DNA of 64,000 nucleotides from Promethearchaeota archaeon. GTDB lineage: Archaea; Asgardarchaeota; Lokiarchaeia; Sigyniarchaeales; SOKP01. Below, one piece after another: positions 1 to 10,100 of the stretch. The position numbers were made by a program, and so were the translations under genes. Where the stretch lies: NCBI GenBank assembly GCA_030603385.1, contig JAUVXW010000004.1, positions 1-64,000 on the forward strand, read 5' to 3'. Below the pieces are notes generated by a model, which searched no databases, was not told where the DNA came from, and saw nothing but the letters and a program-made list of their open reading frames with translations. Each line of letters starts with the position of its first letter. Positions within the stretch are counted from its first letter, which is position 1.

Positions 1-242
1 GTTAAAACAAACTGCTTAGGTGTTTTATATTTTTTTAAGTGTTGACATTTAGGACTTTTACACTGAAATGTATCGACTCTAGTATTTTTTCTTCCATGAG
101 TTCCGAATTCTCCAACTTTCGGGCTCCCGCAAACAGGACAACAGACTTGGAGTTTTCCCAACGAGAATCGCGTTCCATTCTCATTTTGAGCCTCGAGTGG
201 TCGCCAAAGTGGTCCATAAACCTTTTTTTTCCTTCCAACCAT
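1..242 (-). CDS. 5' part of a Zn-ribbon protein running off the window edge, probably a transposase N-terminus
   Basis: ATG at 242 opens a frame with no stop to the edge: MVGRKKKVYGPLWRPLEAQNENGTRFSLGKLQVCCPVCGSPKVGEFGTHGRKNTRVDTFQCKSPKCQHLKKYKTPKQFVL. The CPxC...FxCxxxxC pattern resembles IS1/IS6-like Zn ribbons. Not in the ORF track. Confidence 0.55.
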   Translation of the reverse strand, partial: MVGRKKKVYGPLWRPLEAQNENGTRFSLGKLQVCCPVCGSPKVGEFGTHGRKNTRVDTFQCKSPKCQHLKKYKTPKQFVL

Positions 243-550
243 GTGATATTTTAATAATTCTTCGCTTAAATATGTTATTGGCAAAAATCATAACGAACAA
301 AATGAAATTATAGCAATAAGAAGTGATTTAGTTGAGTCCGATAAAAATATAAAATTAACAACACAACTCTCAATGTTAAAGAGGTGAAAGATAAAAAAAA
401 GCGGGTAGAAATATTTTATAAACGAAGAACGTTGAAAGAGTTTATAATTCTTCATTCATTTATAAAATTACCCTAAAATTCTAAATTCTCATTTTCTTTG
501 CTAATTCAAAATTTAAAAAAATTAGGAAACATTAAAATTAATACTCTACT

Positions 551-1297
551 ATGGTTAAAAAAAGAAAAAAACGTGTAAGACGTGGTCATCCAATAGCAAT
601 TCTTATTGGTCTGCATAATAGTGATGCTGTATTTTGGAGAATATTCAGTGGGACTATTAAGCTACACTTCAAAATAAATCGTGGAAGGAAGAGAAGAAAT
701 CAAAATAAAAAGCAATTATATCATTTTCATGAGGAAATCATTAACACATTAAGACCTATAATTAAAGAAGGTATCAGAAGTGTAATACTGCTTTCCCCCC
801 CGAAAGAAGAATATTCTGATGAGTTTCTTAATCACGTTAATAAACATCATTCATGGTTATTAAAAAAAGGGGGTCAGCAGGTTGTCTTTTCTAAGATCAT
901 AGGTAATCAAGCGAAGACTCAAAAGGATGTGTATTACCTAAAAACACAAGAATATTTTAAAGACATTGTTGATAATACTTCAAATCAAGAGGGGTTGTTA
1001 ATTTTGGAAGAATTGATGGAAGTAATTAACAAAAATGAAAAGTTCTCAAAAATTCTTTATACATGGAGAGAAATCGATCATGAACTAAGGCTCATTAAAA
1101 AAAATCCTAATTTACCTAGACCAAATTATATTATTCTAACTGAAGAATATCTAAAAAATCCAAAAAATAGAAATAAAACACATCGAATTTTACAAATTGC
1201 AAAAAATCTTGAGATTAAAACTAAAATCGTCAGTCAAGAATCCGAGGCGGGTACTATCGTAGACAAATTTGGGGGATTAGTATGTTATTTTAGATAA
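551..1297 (+). CDS. Pelota/aRF1-like protein with only the middle and C-terminal domains
   Basis: VILLSPP..Y.DEF resembles the eRF1 domain-2 motif. The C-terminus KTKIVSQESEAGTIVDKFGGLVCYFR matches the pelota/eRF1 domain-3 end. No N-terminal domain. Confidence 0.65.
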   Translation: MVKKRKKRVRRGHPIAILIGLHNSDAVFWRIFSGTIKLHFKINRGRKRRNQNKKQLYHFHEEIINTLRPIIKEGIRSVILLSPPKEEYSDEFLNHVNKHHSWLLKKGGQQVVFSKIIGNQAKTQKDVYYLKTQEYFKDIVDNTSNQEGLLILEELMEVINKNEKFSKILYTWREIDHELRLIKKNPNLPRPNYIILTEEYLKNPKNRNKTHRILQIAKNLEIKTKIVSQESEAGTIVDKFGGLVCYFR

Positions 1298-1400
1298 AAG
1301 TTAGGTAAATATTTAATTTTTTGTGAATTGAACCTTACTGTTACAAGATTTATAAGTATGAGAAGAAAATATTTATTATTCTCGTTTTATTTCTCAATAT

Positions 1401-2477
1401 ATGAATGCGAAGGAGAGATATCTAGCAGTTCTTGACGATAATAAACGGGAAGAGTTAGATCGCGTTCCTACGTTTGTCCAGTATATTCGTCCAGAGTTTG
1501 TTGAGGTGCATCAACAAAAATTTGTAAACATGAGGGTGCCTTTCAAGTCAGATATTTCCAGATTTAAGGACGCATATTTTATGGGATTTGAATCCGTTTT
1601 TGCGAATTTTCATCCTGGTTTAAGGGTAAGTCGAGTAGAGGTGGAAGACGAAAAAGGTGAGAAAGTATTAGTAGCTTGGAATGGTCAACCACCTATGAAA
1701 AGAATGGGATATTACAAGAGAGGATTGTTTTTTTCAATTGACAATTTAAACAAAGTAAGGGAGACAATGCGGAAGGTTGACGATTCTGCAGAAATTCAAA
1801 AGACAATGGACCATTACGAAAGGATTTCATCATATATATTTCCAGTTATTGAAATAGGAGGAATATTTGATACTTTGTGGCAATCTATGGGATTTAAAAA
1901 TTTTTCATATCATCATCGAAAAAATTCCAAGCTTTATCGAGAATTGGTTAAATATTTTGCGGAATTAACCCTCATTCGAGTTCAATCGATTATTGATGCT
2001 ACGGGGAGTCGTGCAGGGGTTTTAAATATCAATGATGATATCGCATTCAAGGGGCGCTCGATGATTTCTCCTGAAAGGTGGGAACAAGATATTGGGATAT
2101 ACTATAAAGAAATCTGTTCCATAATAAGCGATGCGGGAATGAAGACAACAATGCATACAGATGGAGATATAACTGATATGATTCCTGTTTTGAAGAGAAT
2201 CGGTTTTAAAGGGGTTCAAGGTTGGGAAGGAGGGGCGGATCCACTTATTGTGAATGAGAAATATCCTGATTTTGTGATTAATGGATTTGGTGATATATCC
2301 CAGATTATTCCGTTCGGTTCCAAGGAAGAGATTTTCAATCATGTGAAAGAGTTAATGGATGCTCTAAAGGAAAATCGTCATTTTATAATCGGACCGAGTA
2401 CAGTCATTTATGAAGGTATACCTTTCGAAAATGTGGAATATTTCATTGAAGCCTCTATGCGTTATGGCAAATATTAA
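1401..2477 (+). CDS. Uroporphyrinogen decarboxylase / MtbA-CmuA methyltransferase family protein
   Basis: N-terminal MNAKERY...DRVP, DDIAFK..MISP, HTDGDI, and C-terminal FIIGPS...IPFENV are typical of the URO-D superfamily. Confidence 0.8.
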   Translation: MNAKERYLAVLDDNKREELDRVPTFVQYIRPEFVEVHQQKFVNMRVPFKSDISRFKDAYFMGFESVFANFHPGLRVSRVEVEDEKGEKVLVAWNGQPPMKRMGYYKRGLFFSIDNLNKVRETMRKVDDSAEIQKTMDHYERISSYIFPVIEIGGIFDTLWQSMGFKNFSYHHRKNSKLYRELVKYFAELTLIRVQSIIDATGSRAGVLNINDDIAFKGRSMISPERWEQDIGIYYKEICSIISDAGMKTTMHTDGDITDMIPVLKRIGFKGVQGWEGGADPLIVNEKYPDFVINGFGDISQIIPFGSKEEIFNHVKELMDALKENRHFIIGPSTVIYEGIPFENVEYFIEASMRYGKY

Positions 2478-2597
2478 GATATTACTAGGTTTTCGTTGCA
2501 TATATGAGAAATATTTTCATTTTGGCTTTAATCAGAAACATTCTAAAAAAGGAAGAAAAAGTCCGTAGTCGGCAAGAGAAAAATCCGTACTTATTTA

Positions 2598-3518
2598 TTA
2601 TGGAAGATTAAACAATTTTCTCGTTTTTTCAACTGTACCAGAATCAAATTTCTTAAATAAGGCATAAGCAGCAATCGGTACTATACAACCGCAATTGTCA
2701 CATAATAGTGGTGAATTTCCCATGACACAAAACTTTTGTTTTCCATTAGGATAGAAACTTTTTATTTGACCGGTTTTAAATATGCAATGTGGTACAAATT
2801 CTTTTGACAGGTATAATTCTAACATTTTTTTTGAATAACAAATAAAATTTCCATATTCATGCATTACTTTTAAAATGTCTTTAATTGTCTTTTTTAATAT
2901 ATTTCCTTTTAATAAAAGTGGGTCGTTAGGATAACCAGTGTACAATGAAAAAACAAATCCAGAAGCACCATTATCGTGAGCAATCTTAACAACAGCTTTA
3001 ATTTCCTTATGATTTAATGTCATAATGGTTGATATAACAACCGGATTGCTTTCCCGGATATTTTGAATGACTTTATTAAAAACCTTCGCACCTCTTATCT
3101 TATCATGAGTTTCCTTTGTACCATCAATACTCACCCAGTATCTTGGTTGTTTATATCCATTAAATCGAGGTAATTTTATAATTCCATTTGATACAACTTG
3201 AACTGAGGAGAAAATTTTAATCGCTTCTTTTATAACATCCATTCTTAAAGTAGGTTCTCCACCGGTTAAAACAGCTATTTTTGTTCCTAATTTTCTATGA
3301 TATTTAAAAACCTTAACCCAGTCTTCGTTGGATAATTCTGTTCTTTTACTTCTTAATTCCGATGTTGATGAAAAAAAATAACAATGCTTACATTTTAAAT
3401 TACATTGCCAAGTTAAATCATAATTCACATATAATGGAACATTTCTTACTATTGATCGTAAAAATGATGGTCCCATGGAAATAAAATTTACTATATTTCC
3501 CAAGCTAACTAATCCCAT
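2598..3518 (-). CDS. Radical SAM protein
   Basis: CNLKCKHC (CxxxCxxC), TGGEP, VSIDG, and a Cys-rich C-terminal segment (C..GN...CDNCGC). Confidence 0.9.
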   Translation of the reverse strand: MGLVSLGNIVNFISMGPSFLRSIVRNVPLYVNYDLTWQCNLKCKHCYFFSSTSELRSKRTELSNEDWVKVFKYHRKLGTKIAVLTGGEPTLRMDVIKEAIKIFSSVQVVSNGIIKLPRFNGYKQPRYWVSIDGTKETHDKIRGAKVFNKVIQNIRESNPVVISTIMTLNHKEIKAVVKIAHDNGASGFVFSLYTGYPNDPLLLKGNILKKTIKDILKVMHEYGNFICYSKKMLELYLSKEFVPHCIFKTGQIKSFYPNGKQKFCVMGNSPLLCDNCGCIVPIAAYALFKKFDSGTVEKTRKLFNLP

Positions 3519-3705
3519 TATTGTAGATAGAAGATTCGGTGCTTTAAAAATTTTAAATTTTATAATACTATTTTAATTTACTTAATTTCAAAAAACTACT
3601 ATTTTATGGAATCTCTTTTAGCTTTTTACTAGGTTAAAAACCAAAATACATAAAAGGGATCCTAGAAACAAAATCCTTTAAGCAAAATGGATTGATATAC
3701 TTCTA

Positions 3706-3739
3706 TATAACATAATGAGATATAAGAAAGTAAAAAAAA
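3706..3739 (+). repeat. 34-bp direct repeat, left copy
   Basis: TATAACATAATGAGATATAAGAAAGTAAAAAAAA, 32/34 identical to 4796-4829. Confidence 0.8.
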
Positions 3740-3822
3740 GAGAGAATGCAAAATTTTTAAATTTTCTTAAAATCAAAAATAAGAGTAAGAAATAAATATG
3801 TGATCCTCATATATCATCATAT

Positions 3823-4317
3823 ATGATCATATTAGATGCTTCTCCATTAATCCATCTTACTAAGATTGGTAAATTAGAATATATCATTGGTCTTTTTGAT
3901 TATATCATAATATCTAATGCCGTATATAAAGAAGTCATTGAGGAAGGGATAAAAGCGGGATATACTGATGCTACTCTTATATTAAATTATCTTAAAAATA
4001 ATAAAATCAAGAAAATTAAGATTGAAAATCCCGACCCATTATTAGAAGATTATCTACATCCTGGAGAATCAGAATCAATTCAATTAGCAAATCACTTAAA
4101 ATGTATTTTAGTTATGGATGAAAAAAAAGGGAGATTAATAGCAGAGCAGAAGGGGATTGAATTTTTAACCACAGCTGATGTGTTATTACTCTTATTGAAG
4201 GAAGGTTTAATAAATTTTGATTTTTTTAAAAAAAATCTCGCAAAATATTCTGCGGATGGATGGTTAGGAGCTGATTTATATCAAAAATATTTAGAAGAGG
4301 GAAAAAAATATGAGTGA
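3823..4317 (+). CDS. PIN-domain (DUF3368-like, VapC-type) toxin
   Basis: MIILDASPLI, V..EV, LHPGESESI.LA, MDEKKGR: the acidic PIN residues are present. Confidence 0.85.
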   Translation: MIILDASPLIHLTKIGKLEYIIGLFDYIIISNAVYKEVIEEGIKAGYTDATLILNYLKNNKIKKIKIENPDPLLEDYLHPGESESIQLANHLKCILVMDEKKGRLIAEQKGIEFLTTADVLLLLLKEGLINFDFFKKNLAKYSADGWLGADLYQKYLEEGKKYE

Positions 4318-4669
4318 AAGGTTATCAATTGTTATTCCATCAGAAATGCATGATGATCTTGAAAAATTACAAAAAATATTAAAAATGGATAAAAGTACTG
4401 TAATTAGACACTTACTTTCTAAATCTATCCGAGAGGTAAAAATAGAAACAATGTTAGATGAATATAGAAAGGGAAAACTGTCTCTTGGGAAAGCTGCTGA
4501 ATTAGCGGGAGTTAATTTATGGGAATTCATTGAACATTGTAGGAGGAATCAAATTAAATTAGATTTAACTGAAGAGGAAGCGGAAATTGGAATAGGCAGA
4601 GTTGAGAAAATTGACGTTCAAAAATATAAAAAAACTATTAAGAACTCATTAGAATCACTTGAGAAATGA
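4310..4669 (+). CDS. UPF0175-family antitoxin with N-terminal RHH-like region
   Basis: Y..GKLSLGKAAELAGV..WEF signature. Overlaps the PIN gene stop. Confidence 0.85.
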   Translation: MSERLSIVIPSEMHDDLEKLQKILKMDKSTVIRHLLSKSIREVKIETMLDEYRKGKLSLGKAAELAGVNLWEFIEHCRRNQIKLDLTEEEAEIGIGRVEKIDVQKYKKTIKNSLESLEK

Positions 4670-4795
4670 AAATTAATAAGATCTGGTAACTTAGTTCCGG
4701 ATGGTTTATAGAAATTGAATTTATAATTACTAATGAAATCCCTATCCATCCTTTATTGATTTTTTGTAGTCTGATTATCGCATATCTATTTCTTT

Positions 4796-4829
4796 TATAA
4801 CATAAAGAGAAATAAGAAAGTAAAAAAAA
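4796..4829 (+). repeat. 34-bp direct repeat, right copy; on the minus strand a pyrimidine/T-rich terminator-like tract downstream of icd
   Basis: TATAACATAAAGAGAAATAAGAAAGTAAAAAAAA, 32/34 identical to 3706-3739. Confidence 0.8.
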
Positions 4830-4865
4830 ATCTTTAAATCAAATAAGTTAACAAATCTCAATCTA

Positions 4866-6062
4866 TTATTTTTGATAGTTATTCCACTTTTCTTCAAGGT
4901 TTGGGTCTTGAAGGGTCTCCATTATGTATTTCGCATAATCTTCACCAGTGGCACCTGTATCTCTTCCTGTAAGGACTAGCTTCTTCTCATAGGTGGCACA
5001 AATATCAAGAGCCATTTCAAGTTTTTTCGCTTTATCTACAAATCCTATGTGGTTTAAAAGTAATGCGGCAGCTTTTATGATACTCGATGGGTCAGCATAT
5101 TTTGCTCGTCCTTCTTCAACCATTCTAGGAGCTGAACCATGAATTGCTTCAAACATCGAATACTCTTTACCTATATTCGCACTCCCAGCTGTTCCTACTC
5201 CGCCTTGAAGTTGAGCAGCTTCGTCGGTTATGATGTCTCCATAAAGGTTAGGTGCGACAAAAACTTTAAAATCACTTTGACGAGCTGGATCAATTAGCTT
5301 CGCAGTTGCAATATCTATGTACCAATCGTCCCATTTGACTTGTGGATATTCTTTTGAAATTTCTTCTGCCATGGCAAGAAATCTACCATCAGTAGCTTTT
5401 ACTACATTTGCCTTTGTTACAACCGAAACACGATTGATATTGTTTTTTGCTGCGTAGTCAAAAGCTAAACGTATGATTCTATCTGAACCTTGTTTTGTTA
5501 TCACTTTAAAATCGATTGATAAATCATCAGATATATTAATTCCTTTTGAGCCTAAAACATAAGCACCCTCTGTATTTTCCCTAAAAAACATCCAATCTAT
5601 TCCTAATTCTGGAACTTTCACTGGTCGAACATTTGCAAATAGGTCTAACTCACGTCTCATCGTTACATTAGCGCTTTCGATATTTGGCCACTTATCTCCT
5701 TTCCTCGGCGTGGTCGTGGGCCCCTTGAGGAGGACATGACATTTTTTAATCTCTACTAGAACGTCATCAGGAATAGCCTTCATTACTTTTGCTCTATTCT
5801 CTATTGTTAATCCCTCAATGACTCTAAATTCTACATCCCCCCTACTCGCTTCATCCTTTAGTAAAAATTCTAATATTGCTTGTGCGTGTTTCGTAATGAA
5901 TGGACCAATTCCATCACCTCCAACTAGACCAATAATAATCGGTTTCAACTTGGAATAGTCTGTCCAATCAGCAGCTTTTTTCATGCGTTCAACTCTTTCG
6001 AGTTGTTCTTTAACAATTGTTTCAAAGTGTTTTTTTGCATTCTCAACAATTTCATTCATCAT
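4866..6062 (-). CDS. icd: Isocitrate/isopropylmalate dehydrogenase family enzyme, probably isocitrate dehydrogenase
   Basis: GDGIGP, KGPTTTP, SAN..MRRELDLFANVRP, RENTEG.Y, NLYGDI.TD, EAIHGSAP. Specificity is inferred from the TCA context. Confidence 0.75.
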   Translation of the reverse strand: MMNEIVENAKKHFETIVKEQLERVERMKKAADWTDYSKLKPIIIGLVGGDGIGPFITKHAQAILEFLLKDEASRGDVEFRVIEGLTIENRAKVMKAIPDDVLVEIKKCHVLLKGPTTTPRKGDKWPNIESANVTMRRELDLFANVRPVKVPELGIDWMFFRENTEGAYVLGSKGINISDDLSIDFKVITKQGSDRIIRLAFDYAAKNNINRVSVVTKANVVKATDGRFLAMAEEISKEYPQVKWDDWYIDIATAKLIDPARQSDFKVFVAPNLYGDIITDEAAQLQGGVGTAGSANIGKEYSMFEAIHGSAPRMVEEGRAKYADPSSIIKAAALLLNHIGFVDKAKKLEMALDICATYEKKLVLTGRDTGATGEDYAKYIMETLQDPNLEEKWNNYQK

Positions 6063-6230
6063 AAACTACCTCTAAATTTGTTTTGTTCCATAATTATTAA
6101 GATATTACAATATCTTGGTATTCTTAGCTTTCTTATTAAAATTATACTTTTTGAATATAGTTTTCAAAAATTTAAGAAGGTTGTTAATGACAGTTCTTTT
6201 CCCTAATTTTTCCCATAAATTGGTGGTAGT

Positions 6231-8171
6231 CTAAGAAGAAATTGGTGCGTTTAAAACATCACGTTGTGCTGTTGGTGCTTCTAAACCCTCATGAAGAAGA
6301 ATTAAACTTAACATTATTACAAAGATATATAATCCTGGCCAATAAATAGCTTCAAATGCAGACCAATGCCCCCTCCCATAACTGAAAGTTATTCCTAATT
6401 GAGCTGTAGTTTCATCCCCTACCCCTACATAACCAAGCATTTGATATAACATGATCCCAAAAGCCATTTCTAATGGAATATATTTAATTGCTACTTTAAT
6501 TACATTAATATAGCTAGATTCACGTCTTATAGCATTAGCTATGATTACAGTAAAATTTATAGTTAATAAAAGCCCAATAATCATTATAATTATAAATATG
6601 GGCCTTATTCCCCTAAAAAGAATACTCGATAAAATAAGAAGCAATAATCCCGGAATTACGAAAAACATTATCATTAAGCCAATAATACCGTTGTGCAAAT
6701 ATCGATGGAACCTACCTGCAAGAAAACCAAATGCAGAACCAAAAACTAATCCTATAAGGGTTACTATAATTCCAAAGACAAGAGCATCCCGAGTTCCATA
6801 GATTAATCGTGCAAGTATGTCATAACCGTATAATGTTGTACCTAAGGGATGATCAAGTGAAGGTAATTCGAAAGAAATACCACCCGGTGGAATGTATGGT
6901 GGAGTAACCTCGTGTAGACTATAAGGAGTAAATAATTGAGGGAATACAGATATAAAAACGAGGAATATCATTAATCCTAATCCAACTATTGTAAAAGGAT
7001 TCTTTAAGGTAGTTATTACATAATTTTTTAATTTAGTTATAGGTTTGGTCTTATGCTTTTTTTCTATTGCAATTTTCGGTTCAGATAATGGTGATGATAC
7101 TTCCTCCCTAAATTTAAAGGATTCGATTACGTTGTATATTTTTTCCCGATAGATTTCGATTTTGCTGCGTATATTTTTCCGAATTAATTTGATTTTTTTA
7201 GGGATTTTTTTCCGTAAGAATTTGTAGACAATGGGAATTATGTTAGAAAAAAACATAGTATAAGAAAATAATATAATTATCATAAAAATACACCCATTGA
7301 TAAGGAGAAAATCTCCCAGGTATATAGACATCAAAAAATAATAACCAAAACCCGTCCGATTAAACGTTATTTCTACTACAAGAACAAGAGCAAACAGAAT
7401 TCCAAATATCTTTCCAGCTGTAAAAGAATTTGAAACAAAAGAAGTGTCTTTTGAATTGCGTTCTATATTAGTTTGGGTTTGTTTAGTAATCAGAGCTGTT
7501 ATCACAAAACTTAATGAGATCACTGGTAAAATACCGTGTTCTATAATACTTCCTGCTAAGTCCCAATTTCCATCAACAATAGAATCAAATAATGGAAATC
7601 CAGTAATAAGTGGCGAAACGGGAATAGATGGATCAAAATAAAACAAAACAGGTAAAGTATCACTAAATTCAAGTTGCATTAATGTTGCCATGAAAAATAT
7701 TGGCATTGCAAGACCTATAATGGTAAATATCCGTATTATTAAACCTTGGATTTTATCTCTTTTCTTCACCCAAATTCTTCCAAGTTTAATTCCTATTAGC
7801 CCTATTATTATCGGTAGAAACATTGTTTCAATAGTTCCTGGGACCATATTTCTCATTAATTCAGTAACTGGTGTACCTTCAGCGATTATAAAGGATAAAC
7901 TCCAATCTCCCGTGAAGAACCTGCCAACGTATCTAGTAAATTGTATAAACCATGGATCAGAAACACCAAGTCTTATCAATTCTGCTTGATATCTAGCAAG
8001 ATCTATTACAAGAGGCGGTATCCCATTTAAATGAGGATTTCTCATTCCTAAATAATAGACAAAAAAGCTAAGTATTAGACCGATAAACAATACACATATT
8101 CCATAAGCAAAAGAAATTGATATAGTAATAACTATTTTCTTTTGAGATTCTCTCAATTTCTGCCCGTCCAT
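6231..8171 (-). CDS. Fused DppB-DppC-like ABC permease (two TM domains)
   Basis: The DppB-like half has QF..Y..RFFTGDW..S and E..F.R.G.G. The DppC-like half has PS..HPLGT..YG.DILARLIYGTR..L. A basic linker joins them. Confidence 0.8.
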   Translation of the reverse strand: MDGQKLRESQKKIVITISISFAYGICVLFIGLILSFFVYYLGMRNPHLNGIPPLVIDLARYQAELIRLGVSDPWFIQFTRYVGRFFTGDWSLSFIIAEGTPVTELMRNMVPGTIETMFLPIIIGLIGIKLGRIWVKKRDKIQGLIIRIFTIIGLAMPIFFMATLMQLEFSDTLPVLFYFDPSIPVSPLITGFPLFDSIVDGNWDLAGSIIEHGILPVISLSFVITALITKQTQTNIERNSKDTSFVSNSFTAGKIFGILFALVLVVEITFNRTGFGYYFLMSIYLGDFLLINGCIFMIIILFSYTMFFSNIIPIVYKFLRKKIPKKIKLIRKNIRSKIEIYREKIYNVIESFKFREEVSSPLSEPKIAIEKKHKTKPITKLKNYVITTLKNPFTIVGLGLMIFLVFISVFPQLFTPYSLHEVTPPYIPPGGISFELPSLDHPLGTTLYGYDILARLIYGTRDALVFGIIVTLIGLVFGSAFGFLAGRFHRYLHNGIIGLMIMFFVIPGLLLLILSSILFRGIRPIFIIIMIIGLLLTINFTVIIANAIRRESSYINVIKVAIKYIPLEMAFGIMLYQMLGYVGVGDETTAQLGITFSYGRGHWSAFEAIYWPGLYIFVIMLSLILLHEGLEAPTAQRDVLNAPISS

Positions 8172-8246
8172 TTCACGTATATTAATTAAGAAAAATAATG
8201 AGAGAAGAATATAAAAATATTATTATTTGAACAGATTTACAAAATA

Positions 8247-10082
8247 TTATTCAGTAAATAATATTTCATCATAAGGTTGGCGAAATAATCCGGCTCGTTG
8301 GCGTTTTTGGTCAAAAATATGACCCATCATCCCGATAGACCTCCCCAAAACGAAAAGCCCGTTCAAAGCTTCACTATAAATTACATCTTCAACTTCTTCT
8401 TTTGTATAATCCAAATTTTCTAATAAATCTAAAAACGTAATACCAATACAACCATCAACATTTAGAATAAGGTTATTTCTTTTTGATGTAGTAACCTTTT
8501 CCACTTCTAAAGCGTAGTCTAAGTGAGGATGTTTTGGGAAATTTTTAAGTATAAATTCTTTCAACAAAACGACTCGCATATCAGGATTTTGAACAGATTT
8601 GATTCTATGACCAATTCCAGGAATATTGATTTTAACTACTTGTTTCATATAATTCATAAACTCTACTGGTTTCATTTCTTTCTCCATTGCCTCTCTGAAA
8701 TATTTGGCAGCATCAGATACAGCACCACCAAAGCGAGGCCCAATCGTAAGAATCCCACTTGCTAAAGCGGACATTAAATCTTTTCCTGCTCGAGCAGTAA
8801 TAATCGCATTATGCGCTCCTGAAACAGCAGGACCGTGATCAGCAGTTAATTTGATAACCATTTCAATATATTGCTGGGCAAAATCTGGTAACTCGCGTTT
8901 AAACCAGAGCAATCCAATTACGTAACCAATCGATTTATTCTCTCTTATAATCTTGTCCAATGGGACCTGATTAAATGTAACAATTTCACCTCGATCATCA
9001 CTTATTGATACAACAACATCAGCAGGACGTCTCACTACACCTAATCTTGTGGCATCATTAAAATCTAATGGTACCTTTGGCGGTTCAAAATCTTCGGCTG
9101 GCTTAATTTTCCCTTCTTTTACTAAATTTTCAAATGTTTGCCTAATCATTTTATCTAAATCTTCATAAGAATCGGGAACAATTGCTCCAGCTTCTCTAAG
9201 TGCTTTATTTTTTGCTTCTGCTGTTTCCATATCACTTCCAGCCATAGCTCCGGCGTGGCCAAATTGCAAACCTGCCGGGAGAATACGTGCTCCTGTTCCA
9301 GCAACCCAAATTACTAATGGTTTAGTAATCTTTCCCGCTTTTATAGCATCTATGATAGCATATTCATCCTTTCCGCCAATTTCTCCTAAAGTAACTAGCA
9401 TTTTAATTTTAGGATTAGCTTCATAACGTAATAGATGGTCAATTAATTGAGAACCAGGATATCTGTCTCCTCCAATTGCAATTCCTTCATGAATTCCATC
9501 GGTAGTTTGAGAGATCATGAAGTTCATTTCATTTGATAAACCACCAGATTTAGATACAAATCCTACCGATCCTGGCCTATAAAGTTTGGACAATTCTATA
9601 TTTTCAATAGTTCCAGCGGTATTTCCTATCTTAAAAGCACCAGCTTTAATTCCGCCTACAGTCGCAGGACCAATTATTACTTTATTTCTTTCATTAGCAA
9701 TTTTAATTAAATGCCTAGTTTGTCTTTCTGGCATACCTTCTGCAATAATTGCCACAGTTCGAATTGTCTCAGATTCAAGTGCTTCTTTACTTGTCGGATA
9801 TGAAGATCGAAATGAAGCAAAATTAACCATAACATCAGCCTTAGGATGGTTTTTAATAGCTAACTGCAATGTTTTATACACTGGTACAACAATCTCATTT
9901 GATCCCCAAAATACTTTATGATAGGCAACGGCAGCAGCTTGAGTTGGGCGTATTACTGCCGCAACTGAAGGTTTTTCTCTTTTACAGACAAAATCAAAAT
10001 CTAGCATTCTTTGTATGGCTCTTGCTTGAAAACCATAAATAATAGCCTGAGTGTTTTCATCAAACAAATCGTAATCTTCCAT
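8247..10082 (-). CDS. aclA: ATP-citrate lyase alpha subunit
   Basis: QRMLDFDF.C.R..PSVAA, NFASFRS, GPATVGGIK, phospho-His motif QFGHAGA, and citryl-CoA lyase domain ADHGPAVSGAHN / PGIGHRIKS..NPD / LILNVDG. Confidence 0.95.
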   Translation of the reverse strand: MEDYDLFDENTQAIIYGFQARAIQRMLDFDFVCKREKPSVAAVIRPTQAAAVAYHKVFWGSNEIVVPVYKTLQLAIKNHPKADVMVNFASFRSSYPTSKEALESETIRTVAIIAEGMPERQTRHLIKIANERNKVIIGPATVGGIKAGAFKIGNTAGTIENIELSKLYRPGSVGFVSKSGGLSNEMNFMISQTTDGIHEGIAIGGDRYPGSQLIDHLLRYEANPKIKMLVTLGEIGGKDEYAIIDAIKAGKITKPLVIWVAGTGARILPAGLQFGHAGAMAGSDMETAEAKNKALREAGAIVPDSYEDLDKMIRQTFENLVKEGKIKPAEDFEPPKVPLDFNDATRLGVVRRPADVVVSISDDRGEIVTFNQVPLDKIIRENKSIGYVIGLLWFKRELPDFAQQYIEMVIKLTADHGPAVSGAHNAIITARAGKDLMSALASGILTIGPRFGGAVSDAAKYFREAMEKEMKPVEFMNYMKQVVKINIPGIGHRIKSVQNPDMRVVLLKEFILKNFPKHPHLDYALEVEKVTTSKRNNLILNVDGCIGITFLDLLENLDYTKEEVEDVIYSEALNGLFVLGRSIGMMGHIFDQKRQRAGLFRQPYDEILFTE

Positions 10083-10100
10083 TTTCTAATCTCCTCTTTT

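Noticed and set aside
35-254. Listed ORFs 35..238 (-) and 39..254 (+)
   Set aside because: They are shadows of the Zn-ribbon frame starting at 242 (-), which has recognisable motifs.
865-880. GGQ in the pelota-like protein as a release-factor catalytic motif
   Set aside because: It lies well after the loop where aRF1 carries GGQ, so it is probably coincidental.
2561-2590. TAGTCGG motif resembling the inner IS end
   Set aside because: Only a 7-bp match with no partner repeat.
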